Assembly: GCF_004339575.1 (NCBI RefSeq) | Contig: NZ_SMFV01000001.1 | Span: 175,119-239,118 of the forward strand | Direction of reading: 5' to 3' | Length of the DNA: 64,000 nt | DNA from: Phorcysia thermohydrogeniphila | GTDB lineage: Bacteria > Aquificota > Aquificia > Desulfurobacteriales > Desulfurobacteriaceae | In this document: in pieces, positions 19,089 to 27,398 of the stretch | How positions within the stretch are numbered: position 1 is the first letter of the stretch | Layout of the letters: every line of letters starts with the position of its first letter | Program-made: the position numbers and the translations under genes | Notes under the pieces: generated by a model | What the model was told of the DNA's origin: nothing | Seen by the model: the letters and a program-made list of their open reading frames with translations, nothing else | Databases searched by the model: none

Positions 19089-21117
19089 CTGGTATACCTA
19101 CGGGCTGATACTCCTTTGCGCCGTCTTGGCTACATTCATTATGCTCCCCTTTAACTTTATAAACATACCGGAGCTCCGTCCGGGAGACATCAGCCCCGTT
19201 GACATACGCTCCCCCGTAAGCGTAAGAGTTGAGGATATAGGAGCAACGGAAAGAGCTCGGGAAAAAGCACGCCAGAAGGTAGAACCTATCTACAGGTACG
19301 ACCCTTCTGCTGAAAGAGAACTGGACGAAAGCCTAAAAAAATTCAAGGAGCTAACCCCTGAACAGAGGAACATCCTAAAGGACATCCTCTTTTCTTACTA
19401 CAAGAGAGGAATAATCTCTGAAGTCCCTGAAGGTTACCAGAACATAACTATCATCCTACCGTCAGGTAAGAAAGTTAAGAAGAACATTGAAGAGCTCCTG
19501 CAGCTAACCGAGATTGAGAGCCAGCTAAAAAACGACCTTTCTCACTTCTTCAGGAACAAAGAGCAGATTGAAAAAATTGCAAGCAGACTCGCGCAAGTAA
19601 TTAGGCCAAACTACGTGTTTCAGAGAGAAAAAACGGAAACCCTATGGAAAGAAGCAGAATCAAAAGTTAAACCCGTCTATATAACACTGGAAAAAGGGGA
19701 AATCATCGTAAAGAAAGGAGAAAAGGTCTCCCCGGAAGTTGCTAAAAAGATTGAAATTCTCCGAAAGGAAAAGAGCCGGGGTAAGGAGTCTAACAAGTAC
19801 ATTTCTCTCTTTCTCCTCTCCATTATCCTCTTCTTCCTAATGGTAAAGCTCTACGGAATTACAAGCCCATCGGCCTTCAACCTGAAAAACGTTATCTTCT
19901 CCTTTTCCATAGTTACCCTTGACATACTCCTCATAAGGGGATTCACCTTCATAGCCAAGCTACTACTTGAAACCCTCAACCTACCGGTAAACGAACACTT
20001 AATCTACGTTCCTGTAGTTACGTCAACAGTTTTCGCCTCAATGTTTATCACAAAGAAGGTAGCAACCATCCACAGCTTTCCCGTTTCAATTATCCCATCG
20101 TTCATTCTTTCAAAGCCGGAGCTCTTCATAATCCCTGTTGCCATAGGCAGCATCTTTTCCTGTATTGACTCAAGGAAGTATAGAGACAGAAACGCAATAT
20201 ACAAAAGTGCCCTCTCGGCAGGAATAGTCATCTCTATCCTACAGGTTCTCCTCCTTATTTATAAAGACGGCCTAAAACTCACGCCAGAAATGGTAGTCCT
20301 ACCAACCTTAGCCATTTTTGGCTCCCTCATTACAGGAATCGTAGTTAACGGACTAAGCCCCCTTCTCATCTATCTGTTTAAGTTCTCAACCGACATGGTT
20401 TACATGGAACTAATAAACCTTAATCACCCCTTACTTCGTAAGTTCATCCTCAAAGCCCCCGGAACTTACAACCATTCAGTAATGGTCGCAACCTTAGCAG
20501 AAGCTGCTGCAGAGGCCATAGGAGCAAACGCCCTCCTTGCAAAGGCAGGAGGCCTCTTCCACGATATAGGAAAGCTGAAAAACCCCCAAGCTTTTGTAGA
20601 GAACCAATCGGAAGGAATCAACATTCACGACAAGCTCCCTCCGGAAAAAAGCGCTGCAATTTTGAGAGCTCACGTTGAGTATGGAGAGGAGCTTGGAAGG
20701 AAGTACAAGCTCCCAGAGAGGATAATAGACATCATAAAACAGCACCACGGAACAAAGCTTATGAAGTACTTCTACCACAAGGCAAAGGAAATGTACGGTG
20801 AGGAAAAAGTAGACGAGAAAAAGTTCAGATACCCCGGCCCTAAACCCCAGTTTAAGGAGGCCGGAATCGTTATGCTTGCAGACACAGTAGAAGCCGCTAT
20901 AAGGTCTATGAAGGATAAAAACATTAACCTTGATGGGGCCATACACAAGCTCATAATGGAAACAGTAGAAGATGGACAGCTTAACCAGAGTGGACTCTCA
21001 TTAAAGGACATTTCCTTAATAGAAAAGGTCTTCAAGAAGGTGCTATCGGGGATTCACCACAACAGAATAGAGTACCCAGATGATGCAGACACTAAAGAAG
21101 ATAGTAAGAGGAATTAG
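19057..21117 (+). CDS. 7TM receptor with intracellular HD(HDIG) phosphohydrolase, PgpH/YqfF-like (c-di-AMP phosphodiesterase family)
   Basis: N-terminal extracytoplasmic domain, 7 TM helices, C-terminal HD domain with HDIGK and downstream metal ligands. Conserved position between phoH and dgkA. Confidence 0.8.
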   Translation: MKSMKAEKRDNWYTYGLILLCAVLATFIMLPFNFINIPELRPGDISPVDIRSPVSVRVEDIGATERAREKARQKVEPIYRYDPSAERELDESLKKFKELTPEQRNILKDILFSYYKRGIISEVPEGYQNITIILPSGKKVKKNIEELLQLTEIESQLKNDLSHFFRNKEQIEKIASRLAQVIRPNYVFQREKTETLWKEAESKVKPVYITLEKGEIIVKKGEKVSPEVAKKIEILRKEKSRGKESNKYISLFLLSIILFFLMVKLYGITSPSAFNLKNVIFSFSIVTLDILLIRGFTFIAKLLLETLNLPVNEHLIYVPVVTSTVFASMFITKKVATIHSFPVSIIPSFILSKPELFIIPVAIGSIFSCIDSRKYRDRNAIYKSALSAGIVISILQVLLLIYKDGLKLTPEMVVLPTLAIFGSLITGIVVNGLSPLLIYLFKFSTDMVYMELINLNHPLLRKFILKAPGTYNHSVMVATLAEAAAEAIGANALLAKAGGLFHDIGKLKNPQAFVENQSEGINIHDKLPPEKSAAILRAHVEYGEELGRKYKLPERIIDIIKQHHGTKLMKYFYHKAKEMYGEEKVDEKKFRYPGPKPQFKEAGIVMLADTVEAAIRSMKDKNINLDGAIHKLIMETVEDGQLNQSGLSLKDISLIEKVFKKVLSGIHHNRIEYPDDADTKEDSKRN

Positions 21118-21448
21118 CTTTGCCCTTGAAGGTCTTGTCTTTGCCTTTAAGAACGACCAGCACTTTCGGATAAATTCCTTTTTAAGCCTAACGGGAACGT
21201 TCCTTTCCTTAGCTCTACTTGAAGGATGCCTCTCACTCGTTCTTGCCTTTATAAACTACTCAATTCTTGTTGCAGAGCTCTTTAACACCGCCATAGAAAG
21301 GGCTGTTGATACAGCCACCTTAGAGTTTCACCCGCTTGCAAAAGCGGCCAAAGACGTTTCTTCCGCTGCAGTCCTAACGACCGGGATATTTGCCCTCTTA
21401 GCCGACCTAATCTACCTCCTGCCCGCCCTTCTCTCCGCTATCCTGTGA
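21080..21448 (+). CDS. dgkA: Diacylglycerol kinase (prokaryotic membrane DgkA)
   Basis: 122-aa three-TM protein with a DgkA-like ...ELFNTAIERAVD... block. Third gene of the phoH-pgpH-dgkA arrangement. Confidence 0.75.
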   Translation: MMQTLKKIVRGISFALEGLVFAFKNDQHFRINSFLSLTGTFLSLALLEGCLSLVLAFINYSILVAELFNTAIERAVDTATLEFHPLAKAAKDVSSAAVLTTGIFALLADLIYLLPALLSAIL

Positions 21449-21946
21449 AACGGCCATAGCTTTGAGTATTAACTTTTTTATTTCCGTCTCGTAGGATCTA
21501 ACGAGTCCCCCAACTACGTGGTAGTAAGCAAGAGCAACCACGGCGATAACTATACCCAAGGCCGTAGCCTGTAGAGCAAAAGCTATTCCCTTGCTTACGG
21601 CCGTTATGTCCGATACTCCCCTTTCTGCCATCGTCGTAAATGAATTCATGATGCCGAGAACCGTCCCAAGGAGCCCCAAAAGTGGAGAAGCCGTTATCAC
21701 AAAAGCTATTACCCCTCTACCCCTTTTTAGCTTTGAGACGTAGGTGTGGTAGAGAATCTCTACACCTCTTTCGTCCGCCCCTTCAGCCTCTTTAAGAAGG
21801 AGCTTTCTTTCAGCCGGGAAGGCAAAAACAAAGTAGAGAAGCCTTTCTATGAAAATGACACTTGCCAAGAAAAAGAGAAAGTAAAGGGAGAAAAATACAC
21901 CTTTATGAACTATTTCTAAGTCAATCACGGGTAAATCCTCCAGCAA
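21407..21946 (-). CDS. exbB: MotA/TolQ/ExbB proton-channel family protein
   Basis: Three-TM topology with an ExbB/TolQ-like motif ...ITASPLLGLLGTVLGIMNSF... Divergent from exbD-tonB. Confidence 0.8.
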   Translation of the reverse strand: MLEDLPVIDLEIVHKGVFFSLYFLFFLASVIFIERLLYFVFAFPAERKLLLKEAEGADERGVEILYHTYVSKLKRGRGVIAFVITASPLLGLLGTVLGIMNSFTTMAERGVSDITAVSKGIAFALQATALGIVIAVVALAYYHVVGGLVRSYETEIKKLILKAMAVSQDSGEKGGQEVD

Positions 21947-21990
21947 TGGACTATAATCATTTTATACCAAATCCGTTTCTCGGGGTAAGC

Positions 21991-22419
21991 ATGTTCCGAT
22001 TTAGAGATTGCGAGAGAGAAGAAAAACCTGAGCTAATAATAATTCCTATGGTTGATGTAATGCTCTTCTTGCTGGCTTTTTTTGTTCTCATAGCAGGAAG
22101 CATTATCCCCGGCCTTGCAATAAAGACCAACCCTCCCGAAACCATTCAAAAGTCCTCCTTCCAGCCCAAAAGGGAGGTAGTTACCATCACCATCAAGAAG
22201 GACGGCTCTTTCTGGTACGGAAAGCATAAGCTAACATTTAACCAGCTCGTAAGACTACTAAAGGGCTTTAAGAAGAAGAACCCTCAGGTCTCCCTTGCCA
22301 TAAACGCCGACAGGGAGGCAGACGTTCAGTCCCTCGTAAACGTCCTTGACGCAGCACAGAAGGCAAAAATCAACTCCATAGGACTCATAGCGAAGGAAAA
22401 GGATGAGAGCTCCCGTTAG
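21991..22419 (+). CDS. exbD: Biopolymer transport protein ExbD/TolR
   Basis: ATG at 21991. Single N-terminal TM (IIIPMVDVMLFLLAFFVLIAGS), then a periplasmic ExbD domain. The ORF-track start at 21862 is an extension. Confidence 0.8.
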   Translation: MFRFRDCEREEKPELIIIPMVDVMLFLLAFFVLIAGSIIPGLAIKTNPPETIQKSSFQPKREVVTITIKKDGSFWYGKHKLTFNQLVRLLKGFKKKNPQVSLAINADREADVQSLVNVLDAAQKAKINSIGLIAKEKDESSR

Positions 22420-23038
22420 ACTCCTGATAGCCTTAGCTGTTGCCACCCTCTTAGAGGCAGGCTTCTTCTTCATATCAAAGAGTGTGATTAAGCCTCCAAA
22501 GAGGGAGGTTAAAAGGGTAATAAAGATTTCTCTCCTAAAACCCCAGAGGAGAACCGTAACAGTAAAAAGGGAAGTTGGCCAGCCGGTAAAGAGAAGAACG
22601 CCACCACCTCCCCCTCAAAAGAGCAAGCCAAAGCTGAGCTCCCAAAAGCCGGCCAAACAGCTACCGGACAAAAAGAAGAGGGTGAAGAAAGAAAGGAAAC
22701 AGAAAAAACCCGGTGGTCTAAAACCCCTTCAGGGTAACCTTCCTCTAAGCTACGTTGAAGCTGTAAAGTCTGCCATAGAGGAGAACATCTTTTACCCCTT
22801 GGAGGCCATAGAGAAAGGGGAAGAGGGAATCGTTGAGGTGAAGTTTACCCTCAACAGGCAGGGGAAGGTGCTAAGCTGTAAGCCGGTAAAGGGGGCAAGC
22901 CGAATCCTTATGGAAGCTACATGCATAGCTATAGAGAGGGCAAAGTTTCCACCTATACCTGAAAGCGTAAAGAACAGAACCTTAAGCTTTCAGTTAGAGA
23001 TTGAGTATAACCTCAAAAAGGCCTTTGGAGGAGCTTAA
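22403..23038 (+). CDS. tonB: TonB-family energy transducer (N-terminal TM, Pro/Lys-rich linker, TonB_C domain)
   Basis: PPPPPQKSKPK linker. C-terminal GIVEVKFTLNRQGKV...ILMEA... TonB C-domain pattern. Overlaps the exbD stop. Confidence 0.7.
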   Translation: MRAPVRLLIALAVATLLEAGFFFISKSVIKPPKREVKRVIKISLLKPQRRTVTVKREVGQPVKRRTPPPPPQKSKPKLSSQKPAKQLPDKKKRVKKERKQKKPGGLKPLQGNLPLSYVEAVKSAIEENIFYPLEAIEKGEEGIVEVKFTLNRQGKVLSCKPVKGASRILMEATCIAIERAKFPPIPESVKNRTLSFQLEIEYNLKKAFGGA

Positions 23039-23572
23039 CTACTTCTCCGGCTTAACCCTCTCAATTCTGATAGAGGGAATCCTTAAGCTTTTAAGGCGCT
23101 TCTCAACTTCGGAAATCCTGCTGTCAAGCTCAGAAACCCTACCGGAAAACTCCTCCCTCAAAATAGAAAGAGCTGAGTGGAAGGTTTGAATTTCCTTCTC
23201 TAACCTCTCTGCTAGCTCCTCTATCCTCATTCTGGCATCTTCCTTTACACTCTCTGCGGCCTTCTTTAGCTCTCCCCTTAGGCCTTCAAGGGATACCTCA
23301 CTCCTTCTAACCTCTCCCTCAAGCTCCTTTACCAAGTCCTCCAGAGCCGACAATTTCTGCTCTAAGGAGGAGAGTGAGACCTTTAACTTTGGAATTTCCT
23401 CTTTAACAGACAGGTGTTTCTTCTTAAGGGCTTTTAGCTCCTTCTCAAGCTCTGACTGTTTTAGTTCAAGAACCTGAACCCTTGCCTCAAGGGCGTTTAC
23501 CTTTAGCTCCTGCTCCTTTGTGGCTGTGCAGGAGGCAAGAAGGAGAACTGCAAAAACCGTTAACCTTTTCAT
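23039..23572 (-). CDS. Coiled-coil lipoprotein of unknown function
   Basis: Signal peptide with lipobox LLLASC, then heptad-repeat E/K/L-rich sequence. Abuts the tonB stop convergently. Confidence 0.5.
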   Translation of the reverse strand: MKRLTVFAVLLLASCTATKEQELKVNALEARVQVLELKQSELEKELKALKKKHLSVKEEIPKLKVSLSSLEQKLSALEDLVKELEGEVRRSEVSLEGLRGELKKAAESVKEDARMRIEELAERLEKEIQTFHSALSILREEFSGRVSELDSRISEVEKRLKSLRIPSIRIERVKPEK

Positions 23573-23640
23573 CCTTCCCTCCTGTTTGGAAATTTTAGCA
23601 CTGCTACATTAAATTTCTATTAAAGCTTAATGGAGAAAGA

Positions 23641-26600
23641 ATGCTGAAGGCCGGAATAGACGTAGGTTCAACTACAGTTAAGGGTGTCCTACTTGACGAG
23701 AAAGGGAACATTCTCTTTGAGCACTACGAAAGACACGAAGCCCGCCAAGCCGAAAAGGTTCTGAAGCTCCTTGAAAAGTTTGAAGAAATTGCAGGAAAGG
23801 AATTCCACCTCTTTATGACGGGAAGTGGAGGAGGAGACTTAGCAAAAGCCCTAAGGGTTCGCTTTATTCAGGAGGTTAACGCCGTAAGTTTGGCAGTTGA
23901 AAGACTCCACCCAGAAACGAGCTCTGCCGTAGAGCTCGGTGGTCAGGACGCAAAGATGATTTTCTGGATAGACGCCGGCGGTTTTAGAAGAAAAATCACA
24001 ACGATGAACGACAAGTGTGCCGGCGGAACAGGTGCAACGATTGACAGGATAATATCAAAGCTAAAGCTTCCACTGGAGGTGGCTACATCCGTAAGGTTTG
24101 ACCCCTCTAAGGTTCACCCGGTAGCTGCAAAGTGTGGAGTTTTTGCCGAGACGGACATAAACAGCCTCCAGAAGGCAGGAGTTCCCGCCGAGGAGCTCCT
24201 CATATCTCTCTTCAATGCAATCGTCGTTCAGAACCTTGCCGTCCTAACAAGAGGACACACGCTAAGGCCAAAAGTTATTCTCCTTGGAGGTCCAAATACG
24301 TTCTTTCCGGCACTTGTAGAGTGCTGGCGCTACCACCTACAGAAACTCTGGGAAGAAAAAGGGGTAAAGTACGACAGTTTTTCCGTTTTCCTCCCAGAAA
24401 ACTCCCAGTACTTTGCAGCCATAGGTAGCGCCCTCTTTGCAGAGTTTGAAGAGAGTCCCTACAGGGGGAAAGACGGACTCCTTGAGTTTAGCAGGCGCTC
24501 CATCACAGTCTTTAAGGCAAGAACGGGAGAGAGAGGCCTCCTAAAGCCGGGAGAGGATCTTGAGGAGTTTCGCAGAAAGTACTCGGTAAAGCCCTTCTCT
24601 CCTCCAGTCTTTAAAAGAGGCGAAAAGGTTAAGGCCTTTCTCGGAATTGACGGAGGCTCTACCTCCACAAAGGCCGTTCTCATCAGTAAAAAAGGAGAGC
24701 TCCTTGCCACTGCCTATACCCTCTCCAAGGGAAACCCCTTAGAAGACGTAAAAGAGGTCGTAAGGAGTTTAAAGGAGCAGGTAGAAAGGTGGGGAGCAGA
24801 GCTCTCAGTCCTTTCAGTAGGAGTTACGGGCTACGCCAAGGACATGCTAAAAGAGACCCTCGGGGCAGACGTAGCTGTAGTTGAAACTGTAGCCCACACG
24901 ATATCTGCAAAGCACTTCTTTAAAGACGTTGACGTAATAGTTGACGTTGGTGGACAGGACATCAAGGTAATGATTTTAAAGGACGGTGAAGTAAAGGACT
25001 TTAAGCTAAATACACAGTGCTCGGCAGGAAACGGCTACTTCCTCCAGTCAACGGCAGAAAGGTTCGGATATAAGCCAGAAGAGTTCGCAGAGGTGGCCTT
25101 TAAGGCAGAGTACGCCCCACGGTTTAACTTTGGCTGTGCCGTTTTCTTAGAGCAGGACATCGTCAACTTTCAGCGCCTTGGCTGGAAGCCCCACGAGATA
25201 ATGGCAGGACTTGCAAAAGTTTTACCGAAAAACATCTGGCTCTACGTCGTTAAAGAGCCCAACCTCAGGAAGTTAGGAAGGCGCTTTTTACTTCAGGGTG
25301 GGACTCAGAGGAACTTAGCAGCCGTAAAAGCCCAGTACGACTTCATAAAGGAGAGAGTGCCTGAGGCCGAGGTCCTCGTTCACCCGATAGCCGGAGAGGC
25401 AGGAGCTTTCGGTGCAGCTATTGAAGCAATGAGGAACTACGACGGCCGGAGCTCCTTCCTCGGAATAGAGGCCCTCTTAAACCTTAACTTTGAGATAAAG
25501 AGCGATGAGACTACCCGCTGTAGTTTCTGCACGAACAGGTGCTTGAGAACATTTATCTACGTAAACACAAAAAAGGGAAAGAGGAGCTACATCATAGCCC
25601 CCTGTGAGAAAGGAACGGCAGAAAACATCTCAGGCGTAAAGGAGGTAGTCAAAAAGCTAAACAGAATCCGCGAAGAGAACCCCAACCTTCAGGAGATTTC
25701 AGCAAAGAAGGTTTTTGAGAGTTACCCGGTTAAAAAGGTTTACAGGGAAAAGAGAGGTTTCCTCTTCTGGAAGAAGAACGTAATAGACAGGAGGAAAAAG
25801 CTAAGGTTTGGAATTCCAAGAGTTCTAAACTTTTACGCCCTTGCCCCCTTCTTTAGGGGATATCTTGAGTCTCTCGGAGTTGAGAAGTTTATCTTTTCGG
25901 ACTACACCTCTGAAAAGCTTGTGAGGGAGGAGCTCCGTGGAGGAGCTATAGACCCATGCTTTCCAAGTAAAGTAGTCCTCGCCCACATTAGAAACCTCTT
26001 AAAGAAAAAGCCGGACGTTATATTCCTTCCAAAGGTTGCGACACTAAGGAGCATGTTTAAAGACAGCGAGGCCTCCCACGCCTGTCCGACGGTTACAGGA
26101 ACGCCAATATCTGTAAGGGCTGTCCTGACAAAGGAGGAGGACGTCTTTAAAAAGAACGGCATTACCCTCCTTGACCCCCTACTCCACTTTCACGATAGGG
26201 AGCTCCTTGAGTATGAAATGTTCACTACCTTTAAGGAGCTCTTAGACTTAAGTAAAGAGGAAAACAGGAAGGCCATAGAGGAGGGTTTTAGAGCTCTCTC
26301 CCAGTACCAAGAGGAACTCAGAAAACTTGGAGAGAAAGTATTAAGGAAGGTAGAGCTTGAAAACAGAATCGCCATTTTAGTTCTCGGAAGACCCTACCAC
26401 AACGACCCCGGAATAAACCACGGGATAACAGAGGAACTCCAAAAGAGAGGCTACCCGATACTGACAATAGACTCCTTGCCACTTAAGGAAGAGTTCCTTA
26501 AAAAGGTATTTAAAGAGAGAGACCCCTTCACAATTAGGGACATCTGGAAAAAGTCCTACAGCGAGAATACAAACAGGAAGGTGTGGGGAGCTCTTTACGC

Positions 26601-26850
26601 AGCAGGCCACCCTAACCTTGCAATATTAGACCTTTCTTCTTTCAGGTGTGGCCACGACGCCCCCATCTACTCCCTCATTGAGGAAATAGCCGAAAAAAGT
26701 GGAACTCCTTACTTCACCTTCCACGAAATAGACGAAAACCGCCCCTCCGGTTCAATAAAAATAAGGGTTGAGACGATAGACTACTTCCTAAAGGAAAGAA
26801 TCAAAAAACTCCTCCAGTCCAACCAACTCTCTTCCGAAGAGGCTGTATAA
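23641..26850 (+). CDS. CoA-substrate-specific enzyme activase-like fusion: two BadF/BcrA/HgdC-type ATPase domains plus a 2-hydroxyacyl-CoA dehydratase D-component-like C-terminal region
   Basis: Two acetate/sugar-kinase-fold starts (GIDVGSTTVKGVLLD; LGIDGGSTSTKAVLI), each with an activase Cys-containing block. The ~450-aa C-terminal region has Cys clusters (CSFCTNRC). Confidence 0.75.
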   Translation: MLKAGIDVGSTTVKGVLLDEKGNILFEHYERHEARQAEKVLKLLEKFEEIAGKEFHLFMTGSGGGDLAKALRVRFIQEVNAVSLAVERLHPETSSAVELGGQDAKMIFWIDAGGFRRKITTMNDKCAGGTGATIDRIISKLKLPLEVATSVRFDPSKVHPVAAKCGVFAETDINSLQKAGVPAEELLISLFNAIVVQNLAVLTRGHTLRPKVILLGGPNTFFPALVECWRYHLQKLWEEKGVKYDSFSVFLPENSQYFAAIGSALFAEFEESPYRGKDGLLEFSRRSITVFKARTGERGLLKPGEDLEEFRRKYSVKPFSPPVFKRGEKVKAFLGIDGGSTSTKAVLISKKGELLATAYTLSKGNPLEDVKEVVRSLKEQVERWGAELSVLSVGVTGYAKDMLKETLGADVAVVETVAHTISAKHFFKDVDVIVDVGGQDIKVMILKDGEVKDFKLNTQCSAGNGYFLQSTAERFGYKPEEFAEVAFKAEYAPRFNFGCAVFLEQDIVNFQRLGWKPHEIMAGLAKVLPKNIWLYVVKEPNLRKLGRRFLLQGGTQRNLAAVKAQYDFIKERVPEAEVLVHPIAGEAGAFGAAIEAMRNYDGRSSFLGIEALLNLNFEIKSDETTRCSFCTNRCLRTFIYVNTKKGKRSYIIAPCEKGTAENISGVKEVVKKLNRIREENPNLQEISAKKVFESYPVKKVYREKRGFLFWKKNVIDRRKKLRFGIPRVLNFYALAPFFRGYLESLGVEKFIFSDYTSEKLVREELRGGAIDPCFPSKVVLAHIRNLLKKKPDVIFLPKVATLRSMFKDSEASHACPTVTGTPISVRAVLTKEEDVFKKNGITLLDPLLHFHDRELLEYEMFTTFKELLDLSKEENRKAIEEGFRALSQYQEELRKLGEKVLRKVELENRIAILVLGRPYHNDPGINHGITEELQKRGYPILTIDSLPLKEEFLKKVFKERDPFTIRDIWKKSYSENTNRKVWGALYAAGHPNLAILDLSSFRCGHDAPIYSLIEEIAEKSGTPYFTFHEIDENRPSGSIKIRVETIDYFLKERIKKLLQSNQLSSEEAV

Positions 26851-26907
26851 ATCGTGAGGGGGGATTCCATCCCCCTCAAACTCCCCCTTCTGAAAACATC
26901 AAAAACC

Positions 26908-27168
26908 CATCTACTTTTCAGGGCAGACAACCGTGAGGGGGGATTATCATCCCCCCTCAGACTCCCCCCTATGAAGAACTTTAAAAACCTTCCACTTTTC
27001 AGGGCATTTCAACGAGTATCAAGAGGAAGATTAGACAGATAAGTTTTGCCAGCGAATTGTCGCAATCCCTTCCACTTTTCAGGGCATTTCAACCAAAGCG
27101 ACATTGAGAGCATGGAGATTGACGACCTGCCTCGTCGCAATCCCTTCCACTTTTCAGGGCTTTTCAAC
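26908..27168 (-). CRISPR. Orphan CRISPR mini-array: two intact 35-nt repeats plus two 5'-degenerate repeats, spacers 40 and 45 nt, leader on the right (27169-27398)
   Basis: Plus-strand GTCGCAATCCCTTCCACTTTTCAGGGC(A/T)TTTCAAC at 27059-27093 and 27134-27168. Truncated copies end at 27013 and 26931. Unique spacers. The minus-strand repeat is GTTGAAATGCCCTGAAAAGTGGAAGGGATTGCGAC. Confidence 0.6.
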
Positions 27169-27398
27169 AGGTCAAAATTTGAAGCATTGAAAATCAAGGG
27201 CTTCCCGTTCTAAAGAACTTTAGTAATAACTACAACTCGCTGTATTGCAACGTCTAAAGACCCAAAAAGGTTACACCTTCCTGAACTTTGTTTAGGTTGT
27301 TGAAATGCCCTAAGCCCTATTCAGCTTTCAAAGAACCCTATTTGTATTGTAGCAAAAGTTTAAAATTATCACGACTTAAAACCGTAGGAGGTTAAGGA

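Noticed and set aside
21862-21990. N-terminal extension of the exbD ORF
   Set aside because: The extension overlaps the exbB 5' end. The ATG at 21991 gives a canonical ExbD N-terminus.
26852-27013. Treating the left 160 nt as two additional bona fide spacers
   Set aside because: The two ~57-nt inter-repeat segments are near-identical to each other and carry the same GC hairpin. They are duplicated degenerate trailer units, not independent spacers.
26854-27197. 62-aa ORFs 26854..27042 (+) and 27009..27197 (-)
   Set aside because: Both span CRISPR repeats and spacers, so they are artefacts of the repeat array.
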